In this document: piece after piece, positions 1-6,487 of the stretch
Layout: every line of letters begins with the position of its first letter
Numbering within the stretch: position 1 is the stretch's first letter
Origin: Octopus sinensis
Lineage: Eukaryota
Direction of reading: 5' to 3'
Length of the DNA: 6,487 nucleotides
NCBI RefSeq assembly: GCF_006345805.1
Contig: NW_021829302.1
Coordinates: 1-6,487, forward strand
Position numbers and translations under genes: made by a program
Notes under the pieces: generated by a model
What the model saw: only the letters and a program-made list of their open reading frames with translations
The model's database searches: none
Told to the model about the DNA's origin: nothing

Positions 1-44
1 GAGGTGTGGTTCTGATTTCAGGGAAATTGTGTCCTTATTTTCAG

Positions 45-114
45 TATGTTGCTTCGTTGCTTTATGACGAAGTATGACTTGTAGGAACTGATATAAATAT
101 GTAGAAAGAACATG
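45..114 (+). other. Possible non-coding (5' UTR) exon of the candidate + strand gene
   Basis: Acceptor-like GTCCTTATTTTCAG ends at 44. Donor-like ATG|GTAATG has GT at 115-116. This gives a 135-nt intron to the acceptor at 248-249. Motif-only evidence. Confidence 0.2.
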
Positions 115-322
115 GTAATGCTATTCTTGTTGTCGTTATGGTCGTGGTGATGGCAGGAGGTTGTTGTTCTTTCTGTTGAAATCTTGAAAATCGGACATTC
201 ATGTGTCAAAGACCACACATGAACGTGAACTTGCCCTTCTATCTTACAGATAAGGTTACAAGCTGACAATAACACCATTTTTGACACATATTCGGTTGTT
301 ATTTGTAGCAAATCAAAAGACC

Positions 323-431
323 ATGCAAAGACTGCTTCATTACTTCGTTAAGGCATCATTGTTGGTTTGTGTGGTGATTGTGCTTGTAATTGCTTACCTT
401 AGAAACGAAGTGACGATAGAAACATTTCACG
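323..431 (+). CDS. Candidate first coding exon: signal-anchor N-terminus MQRLLHYFVKASLLVCVVIVLVIAYLRNEVTIETFH(G); unspliced it is a 41-aa ORF, 323-448
   Basis: ATG at 323 in ACCATG context (A at -3). Upstream acceptors CCCTTCTATCTTACAG (AG 248-249) and GTTATTTGTAG (AG 307-308). A 16-aa uncharged hydrophobic run, ASLLVCVVIVLVIAYL, lies between K10 and R27. The donor is weak (CACG|GTGGTT, GT 432-433, phase 1), and the DNA is G/T-rich, so chance is possible. Confidence 0.35.
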
Positions 432-512
432 GTGGTTTCCTTTCTTAATAATCTTTTATTAGTCATTCATTTTACTAGTCTTTCGTTATCATTCATGAAA
501 ATGTCTCATTAA

Positions 513-581
513 TCTCTCTCTATTTCTCTCTTTCTCTCTCCTTCTCTCTCTCACACACACGCATACACACACATACATATA
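513..581. repeat. Compound (CT)n/(CA)n microsatellite
   Basis: Interrupted TCTCTC runs at 513-551 followed by CACACAC/CATACA runs to 581. Confidence 0.95.
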
Positions 582-685
582 GACAAAATACATTCACACT
601 TAACACACCTACAACTGACAAAATCGGTTGTAAACAATTGTTATACAGGTGTATGACATTCCGATAATTCCAAAGTTGATGAACA

Positions 686-797
686 ATATACATATATAGA
701 CACACCTTCATACACACGTATAAACAGTATAAACATGCACATATACGCATACATGCACGCGTGCAGGCTCATACACACACACACACACACACACACA
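686..797. repeat. Degenerate (CA/TA)n tract ending in (AC)12
   Basis: Alternating purine-pyrimidine tract with pure AC repeat at 773-796. Confidence 0.9.
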
Positions 798-935
798 TGT
801 ATTTACATAGGTATGGATGTAGGAAGAGCGTTGGAGCTTTCTTGAAGCATTGTGATAACGAAGTAGAATAACTTGACACCACCTTATTAATGAAATTGTA
901 CAAATAACTAGCATAAATATTTCAGCAAGGGCATA

Positions 936-1339
936 GGCGCAGGAGTGGTTGAGTGGTAAGAAGCTTGATTTCCAACCACATGCTTCCAGGTTCAGTCCCA
1001 CTACCTGGCATCGTGGGCAAGTGTCTTCTACTATAGCCTCGGGTCGATCAAAGTTTAGTGAATGGATTTGGTAGACGGAAACTGAAAGAAGCCCGTTATA
1101 TATATATATGTATGTGTGTGTGCTTGATTGTGTGTTTGTCCCCCCTATCACCACTTGACAACCGGTGTTGGTGTGTTTGCATCCCCGTAACATAGCGGTT
1201 CGCCCTAAGAGACCAATAGAATAAGTGCCAGGCTTAAAAAATAAGTACTGAGGTCGATTTATTCGACCAAAAATTCGTCAAGGCGGTGCCCCAGCATGGC
1301 CGCAGTCTAATGACTGAAACAGGTAAACGATAAAAGATA
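936..1339 (+). mobile_element. SINE A: near full-length tRNA-derived SINE (octopod type, CORE-like segment after the head)
   Basis: A box TGGTTGAGTGG 946-956 and B box GGTTCAGTCCC 989-999. CORE-like GTGGGCAAGTGTCTT follows the head. Internal (TA)(TG) microsatellite at about 1097-1122. 3' tail AGGCGGTGCCCCAGCATGGCCG...GACTGAAAC then A-rich TAAACGATAAAAGATA. A diverged inverted copy lies at 4542-5180. No clear TSD found. Confidence 0.9.
946..999 (+). promoter_or_regulatory. Internal RNA Pol III type-2 promoter (A/B boxes) of SINE A
   Basis: TGGTTGAGTGG resembles TRGCNNARYGG and GGTTCAGTCCC resembles GGTTCGANTCC, with tRNA-like spacing. Confidence 0.7.
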
Positions 1340-1383
1340 GTGCTGCCGAGGAGACGGGGTATTTTCTTCTTTTCTTTCACTAG

Positions 1384-1437
1384 GAGAGGCAGTGACCATG
1401 GTCTTCGCAGTCCCCGCCCCCAAAATTAATGAGATCG
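1384..1437 (+). CDS. Candidate 54-nt phase 1-1 internal exon, (G)EAVTMVFAVPAPKINEI(G)
   Basis: Strong acceptor ATTTTCTTCTTTTCTTTCACTAG (AG 1382-1383) and donor ATCG|GTAGGG (GT 1438-1439). Only one of three frames is open, and it is the phase-1 frame that matches the 431 donor. Confidence 0.3.
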
Positions 1438-1488
1438 GTAGGGTTCAAGTTTCTCTTTGTCGCAAATCGACGGTTGCAGAAAATAAGT

Positions 1489-1504
1489 AAAAAAAAAAAA
1501 AAAA
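1489..1504. repeat. A16 homopolymer
   Basis: 16 consecutive A. Confidence 0.95.
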
Positions 1505-1698
1505 GAGCATGTATATAGAAGGAATTTCAAAGGGACAACATTCAAGATATGAAGAAATGAGAGTAATGGCTGTTATGAGCAATGGGGTTGTTGGACATAA
1601 TGTGAAGGGCGAGAGGCGGACAGACGACCCGTAAGCGTTTGAGGAAGATAGTTCGAAACCAACAAGCACTGGGGAGAAGCGACCACTCTTGTAGCAGT

Positions 1699-2026
1699 AG
1701 GGTAAAGACCCTCCTCGGTCATGAGTGACCTTGGGATTGCACCTAGAAAGTTATTTCCGAGGAACAAATCCGGGCATGTTTTTTATGGAAGACCAGCTGT
1801 CACCCATGCATACCAACCTCCTCTCTCCATGTCTTAACGATATCAAAGGGAAAGGTAAGGGCCGATACAGCTTGGCACCAGTGATGACACAACTCATTTC
1901 TACAGCTGAGTGAACTGGAACAACGTGAAATAAAGTGTCTTGCTGAAGAACACAACAGAGCCCGGTCCATGAATCGAACTCACTACTTCATGGTTGTAAG
2001 CCTGATGCCCTAACCACTGAGCCATG
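1699..2026 (-). mobile_element. SINE B: tRNA-derived SINE, second family
   Basis: On the minus strand: A box TGGCTCAGTGGT (2013-2024), B box GAGTTCGATTCA (1970-1981), then GTGTTCTTCAGCAAGACACTTTATTTCACG...CTCAGCTGTAGAAATGAG, shared with SINE C. The body ends ...GACCGAGGAGGGTCTTTACCCT. Ends approximate. Confidence 0.85.
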
Positions 2027-2426
2027 ACACAGCACGTCTGTGGGTTAGAGGTTAAAATGTGGTAGTGGTGTTTAGCATTTGTAATGATTTTGAGCTTTTT
2101 AGTTGCGTTCTGTTCATGTTTAGTGAAGTATAAGGTTTAGTTTGTATGTATAGTGAATGTACTTTTGTTGCGTTGAATGATACAAGACTGGCATGCCGTA
2201 GCTGGAGATTGTTTTCAAAGCCACTATTCATGGATTCTGTGTAGGTTTAGGATTAGATGTCTATGTTGCATATCGATGGTGTTAGGAAAGTTACGGAGTA
2301 GTGAAGAGCGATATCATTTGCATAGGAGTGGATAGAGTTGAAAGTGACAGGTCATTAGAGTATAAGATGAAGTGTATGAAGTTAAAAGCAAATCCTGGAG
2401 CAGTCCGCAGTTGAAAGAGTGTGTGA

Positions 2427-2429
<3 letters not shown>

Positions 2430-2462
<33 letters not shown>
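2430..2462. repeat. (GA)16 microsatellite
   Basis: Pure GA repeat at 2431-2462. Confidence 0.98.
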
Positions 2463-2465
<3 letters not shown>

Positions 2466-2708
2466 TTCTATTAGCACACGTCAAGACAGTGTAATCTGAC
2501 AAATCATCGTTCTAAGAAATGAGAAAGGGATGGAGTTCACAGTTGGGTCGTTTTCACAGGAGATTTACATGCTACACATGGCCGAAAGCATTGCTAATGA
2601 GGGGAACCCCAATACTGTTTTCATCACATTTTTAACTGAGGCCCACTGGTGAATAACAAGAGAGAACTTCTCTGGTGGATGTGACTTTAAGAAAGCTACA
2701 TTGGTTAG

Positions 2709-2950
2709 TCCACATTACCCTGTAAGGAGCATAAAGCCGGTTTCCCGATTTCTCTGGCGTATATATTCTTCCTTGGACGAGACGCCGGTCCATCGTAGGA
2801 TTACTCATTTTTCCCCAGTACAATAGACTGAAGGATTGTGAAATGAAGTGTTTTGCTCAAGATCACAACGCATCACCCGGTCCAGGAATCGAAACCACAA
2901 TCTTACGATCATGTGCCCAATACTGTAACCATTACGGTATACGCCTCCAC
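2709..2950 (-). mobile_element. SINE C: tRNA-derived SINE, third family, older copy
   Basis: Minus-strand head GTGGAGGCG..., decayed A box TACCGTAATGGT (2928-2939), B box GGTTTCGATTCC (2885-2896). 2804-2869 aligns to SINE B 1893-1956. Possible decayed TSD TAAGAAAGCTACATTGGTTAG (2688-2708) versus TACAAAAGCCATATTAGTAG (2951-2970). Confidence 0.85.
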
Positions 2951-3161
2951 TACAAAAGCCATATTAGTAGTTATTAAGGAGGAGAGAGATTGAAGGTTAT
3001 GAAGAAGATTGTTAATGACAATCGCCATCATTTTTGAGATGTTGGAAGCGAGTGCATAAAGGCGTTTGAAGAAAAGGTCTGATGAATCACCTTTCTTGGG
3101 GACACACTTTAGTATTATTGCTCTAATAGAAAGGCATATTCTTAGTAAACTATAAGCATGT

Positions 3162-3384
3162 AATAATCCATTCTACTATAGGCATAAGGCTTGAAATTTG
3201 ACAGAGGAGGGTAGTCGATTAGATCGAGCCCAATACTCAACTGGTACTTATTTCATCGATCCCGAAAGGATGAAAGGATGAAAGGTGACCTCGGCGGAAT
3301 TTGAATTCAGAGCGTGCAGACGACGGACGAAATGCAGCTAATCATTTTGCCTGGTATGCTAACGATTCTGACAGCTCACTGCCT
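3162..3384 (-). mobile_element. SINE D: tRNA-derived SINE, fourth family, with TSD
   Basis: Minus-strand head AGGCAGTGAGCTGTCAGAATCGTTAG, B-box-like GAATTCAAATTCC (3296-3308), central GAGGTCACCTTTCATCCTTTC...ATAAGTACCAG and tail ...CTATAGTAGAATGGATTATT. Flanked by 11-bp direct repeats TATAAGCATGT (3151-3161) and TATAAGCTTGT (3385-3395), one mismatch. Confidence 0.85.
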
Positions 3385-3789
3385 TATAAGCTTGTGGTAA
3401 TATTGTCATTTTTATACAAATCTTTAATGAAAATTCAACGAAGTATTCGTAACAACGAACGGTTCTAATTTTCATTGACCACCAAGTAAAGTCTATTTGG
3501 AGAGCAAAGTCACACTTGCGGGATTTTAAGTCACGTGCCCTTCCTTGGTTCTCTGCACACTGGTGCAAATGTGCTGGCTGTTTCTCAGACTTATAGGCTC
3601 TGGTTCCAACCATGACCTGCCAGTATTTTTGTTTACCTAAGAATACATTCCACAACGATATGGCTTTTATTCTTTCTGAACGGTAGCGTAAAATGTGTGA
3701 GAGATTTGGGTGTTGTATCAAATCAAACAAACCTACCACGCACCGACATCTTGTGGTAAAATTGGTGGTGAATGAAATGTTAGTTATGG

Positions 3790-3985
3790 AGTCGTTGTGA
3801 TGCTAACGATATTGGAAGTGCTAATGAAGGTGTTGCTGCTTGTGATGGTGGTGCTGCTGCTGATGATGATGGTGCTGTTGGCGTTGGTTGTGATAGCGAT
3901 GGAACCACTGATTGGGGTGTCGTCGATGCTAATGGTAGTGGTGAGGATAATGGTTAGCCTTCGTAGTCCTAACAGCGATGGTGAA
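3790..3985. repeat. Cryptic trinucleotide (GNT-type: GAT/GGT/GCT/GTT) low-complexity tract
   Basis: Strong 3-nt periodicity, e.g. GATGGTGGTGCTGCTGCTGATGATGATGGTGCTGTT. Explains the ORFs at 3784-4014 and 3797-4039. Confidence 0.8.
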
Positions 3986-4062
3986 GAAAGATTTATTATA
4001 AGACAATCATTCATTTCGGTTAAATGTCAGCGAAAATAATAATTCCTCCTCTTTTCTCTCCT

Positions 4063-4078
4063 ACACACACACACACAC
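4063..4078. repeat. (AC)8 microsatellite
   Basis: Direct reading. Confidence 0.95.
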
Positions 4079-4121
4079 AAATATCGAAGTGTAAACACAC
4101 TAATATGTGCGTATACTCTGG

Positions 4122-4122
<1 letters not shown>

Positions 4123-4153
<31 letters not shown>

Positions 4154-4195
4154 TGTGTGTGTGTGTGTATGTGCCTGTGTGTGTGTGTGTGTGTG
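4123..4195. repeat. Interrupted (TG)n microsatellite
   Basis: (TG)12 at 4123-4146, an extra G at 4147, then further TG runs to 4195. Confidence 0.95.
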
Positions 4196-4298
4196 AGTCT
4201 TATGTTCTAGCTTTTATTTTAAAATTACTCACCGATAAAAAAAGAAACCCGATTCCCACCTACGAACAGAACTGTTTCACTGGAATTCTGACATTAAC

Positions 4299-4336
4299 TG
4301 TGTATGTATGCATGTACGCATATATGTATGTACGTG

Positions 4337-4367
<31 letters not shown>

Positions 4368-4371
4368 TATG
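4299..4371. repeat. (TATG)/(TG)n compound microsatellite
   Basis: TGTATGTATG... followed by TG run 4335-4360, a G slip at 4361, then more TG. Confidence 0.95.
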
Positions 4372-4541
4372 TTTTGACTTATTTAAATTCTCTGCAGATT
4401 TCAAACCGGTGATTAACAAAGTAACCAATATTTTGGGTTTGTTTATTTTTGAGGGGCGGGGTTGCAGTCAATACTACACATATACATATATAAATATATG
4501 TATGAATATAGTTGCACTCATATAATGATATGATATTTTTG

Positions 4542-4648
4542 TCTTTTATTTTCAAGCTTGTTTCAGTTACTGCCTCACGGCCATGCTGGTGTAACGCCTG
4601 GAAATCAAACAAATCACTCACAGTACTGAATTTTTAAGGTTAGTACTT
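4542..4648 (-). mobile_element. SINE E, 3' part (same family as SINE A)
   Basis: CGGCCATGCTGG (4578-4589) is the exact reverse complement of SINE A 1291-1302. CTTGTTTCAGT matches the ACTGAAAC tail. TTTTTAAGGTTAGTACTT aligns to the reverse complement of SINE A 1223-1241. Confidence 0.8.
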
Positions 4649-4869
4649 AGATAATTTAGATTGGCTTCGGCTATTATCGGCCCAGGCTATGACTAACTCA
4701 ATAGTACCACCTGGAAAAGTCTTTTAGTTAATTATTTCGGGATACCATGGACCACTCGAGCAGAGAGTTGTTGTTGTTGGTTGAGACGTATCCAGGTGTA
4801 GGTGGTTTATCCGGAATTTCCTGGAGGAATTTGTCCAGGTACCGTTTGAAAGTTGTGGGGTCTTTTTTC
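4649..4869 (-). mobile_element. 5'-truncated non-LTR retrotransposon (CR1/L2-group LINE) 3' end nested in SINE E
   Basis: Interrupts SINE E and is flanked by TACTT direct repeats (4644-4648 and 4870-4874). The minus strand encodes an ORF2-type C-terminus, a 79-nt 3' UTR and a short TCTAAATTATCTAAGTA-type tail. Confidence 0.85.
4728..4868 (-). pseudogene. LINE ORF2 C-terminal remnant KKDPTTFKRYLDKFLQEIPDKPPTPGYVSTNNNNSLLEWSMVSRNN*
   Basis: 46 open codons ending in TAA at 4730-4728, no start codon, with an in-frame TAG (4871-4869) exactly at the 5' junction. FKxxLDxFLxxIPDxPxxxGY...NSL is, from recalled knowledge, the post-RT C-terminal motif of invertebrate CR1/L2-group ORF2. Confidence 0.8.
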
Positions 4870-5180
<311 letters not shown>

Positions 5181-5216
5181 AGTAAATATCTAGCTATTTT
5201 TGTTTCATTAATCTTT

Positions 5217-5407
5217 CTGTATGTGATGTGTTATGTGTTTGGGTGTCTGTGTGTGTATGTATGTAATGTATAAGCGTGTGTATGTATATTTGTGTGTATG
5301 TATATTTGTGTGTGTGTATGTATGTGCCTATATGTATGTATATATGCATGTATGTATACCTGTCTGTATCTGTGCATGTATGCACATGAGTATGTATGAA
5401 TGTATTG

Positions 5408-5438
<31 letters not shown>

Positions 5439-5446
5439 TGTGTGTG
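5217..5446. repeat. Long degenerate (TG/TA/TATG)n tract ending in near-pure (TG)n at 5406-5446
   Basis: Direct reading. Source of the CV- and HT-rich ORFs. Confidence 0.9.
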
Positions 5447-5469
5447 ATATGTACTCGTGTTCAATCCAG

Positions 5470-5527
5470 GAAATTCAAATGGAGAATCTTGTGAACGTTA
5501 TGCAAATCTTCCCCGAATTACAAAGAA
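5470..5527 (+). CDS. Candidate 58-nt internal exon, phase 1-2 reading (G)NSNGESCERYANLPRITK(K/N)
   Basis: Acceptor GTGTTCAATCCAG (AG 5468-5469) and consensus-like donor GAA|GTGAGT (GT 5528-5529). The phase-1 frame is open; the phase-0 frame EIQMENLVNVMQIFPELQR is also open. Confidence 0.3.
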
Positions 5528-5853
5528 GTGAGTCATTGAGGTTTGGAAAATCCCTTTATAGGAAGTATCTAGTGCAAATATGTTGTTGCATAGCCAAGTA
5601 AACCCATGATACAAGTACGAATGAAATTTTGTTGCTTTAATATAAGAAGCGTAATTTTCTCATTAGTTTACTATATATTGTATTTTTTATCTATGAACCT
5701 CTTTGAATACTATTTTATTCTGGTGGCCTCACCCCTCGCCAGCCGATGTTTTAAAACTAGTTTTATAGATACTTTTCGCACATTAACTTCCATAGGTTGA
5801 ACTATGTAAAATGTTAGGGAAAGAAACTAAGCTGATTCTTGCAATACATACCA

Positions 5854-6233
5854 TTTGGATTGTAAGCACTCCGTCGGTTACGACGACGAGGGTTCCGGTT
5901 GATCCGAATCAACGGAACAGCCTGCTCGTGAAATTAACGTGTAAATGGCTGAGCACTCCACAGACACGTGCACCCTTAACGTAGTTCTCGGGGATATTCA
6001 GCGTGACACAGAGAGTGACAAGGCCACACGGTACAACAGAAACAGGAAGTAAGAGTGAGAAAAGTTGTGGTGAAAGAGTACAGCAGGGATCACCACCATC
6101 CCTGCCGGAGCCTCGTGGAGCTTTTTAGAGTGTTTTCGCTCAATAAACACTCACAACGCCCGGTCTGGGAATCGAAACCGCGATCCTATGACCGCGAGTC
6201 CGCTGCCCTAACCACTGGGCACTTGCGCCTCCA
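5854..6233 (-). mobile_element. SINE F: full-length, apparently young tRNA-derived SINE with perfect 12-bp TSD
   Basis: TSD CAATACATACCA at 5842-5853 and 6234-6245. Minus-strand head TGGAGGCGC, A box GTGCCCAGTGGT (6211-6222), B box GGTTTCGATTCC (6168-6179). CpG-rich body ending GTCGTAACCGACGGAGTGCTT with tail ACAATCCAAA. Confidence 0.92.
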
Positions 6234-6487
6234 CAATACATACCAATACATACATCTAAAGAAACATTTTTTTCAGGTGCCCTTAAAATACTATCATGAA
6301 TCTCCATTTTACTATTTTGTTGCGTGTACTCCCAAAAATCTTATATTGACTCTCAGGGGCCATATGGACCCCGATTGAGAATCACAGTTGTATATGTTCG
6401 TTTCCTGCCTCTACAACAGTATATGAATTTTGTTCTTCGGTCCATAGAACAACATCAGGTCTATTGTGTTCACAGAGAGTGTTATAT

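Noticed and set aside
18-311. 97-aa minus-strand ORF with HHHDHND
   Set aside because: Antisense of a GTG/GTT low-complexity stretch. No family resemblance, and splice-like signals favour the plus strand.
936-1010. tRNA-like segments (also 1965-2026, 2880-2950, 6160-6233)
   Set aside because: No proper acceptor stem, and each continues into a SINE body. They are SINE heads, not tRNA genes.
1481-1504. A16 run as the poly(A) tail of a retrocopy
   Set aside because: No canonical AATAAA, no TSD and no recognisable upstream element.
2560-2648. Exon-like segment TTTTCACAG|GAG...CTG|GTGAAT (EIYMLHMAESIANEGNPNTVFITFLTEAH)
   Set aside because: Open only in phase 0 and exits in phase 2, which is incompatible with the neighbouring candidates. 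No homology recognised.
1573-2823. ORFs 1573-1767, 1725-1913 and 2632-2823
   Set aside because: They overlap SINE B or SINE C bodies, whose higher GC content lowers stop frequency.
1026-3181. Exact 11-mer TTCTACTATAG at 1026-1036 and 3171-3181, in opposite sense relative to the two SINEs
   Set aside because: Several 11-mer matches are expected by chance in 6.5 kb of AT-rich DNA, and there is no flanking extension.
3359-3739. 126-aa minus-strand ORF in non-repetitive DNA
   Set aside because: No recognisable motif, non-ATG start, and it ends inside the SINE D head. One ORF of this length among six frames of AT-rich DNA is within chance by rough estimate.
3784-4039. Hydrophobic M/V/L-rich and T/I/S-rich ORFs that look like TM or mucin-like proteins
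   Set aside because: By-products of a cryptic trinucleotide repeat that is open on both strands.

Overview
AT-rich, microsatellite-dense eukaryotic DNA. The SINE bodies match my recollection of the abundant tRNA-derived SINEs of octopods, so an Octopus-like coleoid cephalopod origin is likely (inference, no database search). About a third of the window is retroposon-derived: six tRNA-headed or tRNA-family SINE copies from five different families (936-1339 +; 1699-2026 -; 2709-2950 -; 3162-3384 -; 4542-5180 -, split; 5854-6233 -). A 221-bp 5'-truncated LINE 3' end (CR1/L2-group ORF2 C-terminus plus 3' UTR, 4649-4869) is nested in the split SINE between 5-bp direct repeats. Most listed ORFs are artefacts of dinucleotide or trinucleotide repeats or are antisense to SINEs. 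Three short + strand segments missing from the ORF track (323-431, 1384-1437, 5470-5527) have splice-like borders and join in phase into a candidate type II membrane protein N-terminus; this model is speculative. No bacterial-type system, CRISPR array, rRNA or true tRNA gene is supported. The most interesting signals are the nested LINE, its possible 3'-tail kinship with the host SINE family, the modular SINE families and the candidate signal-anchor gene.
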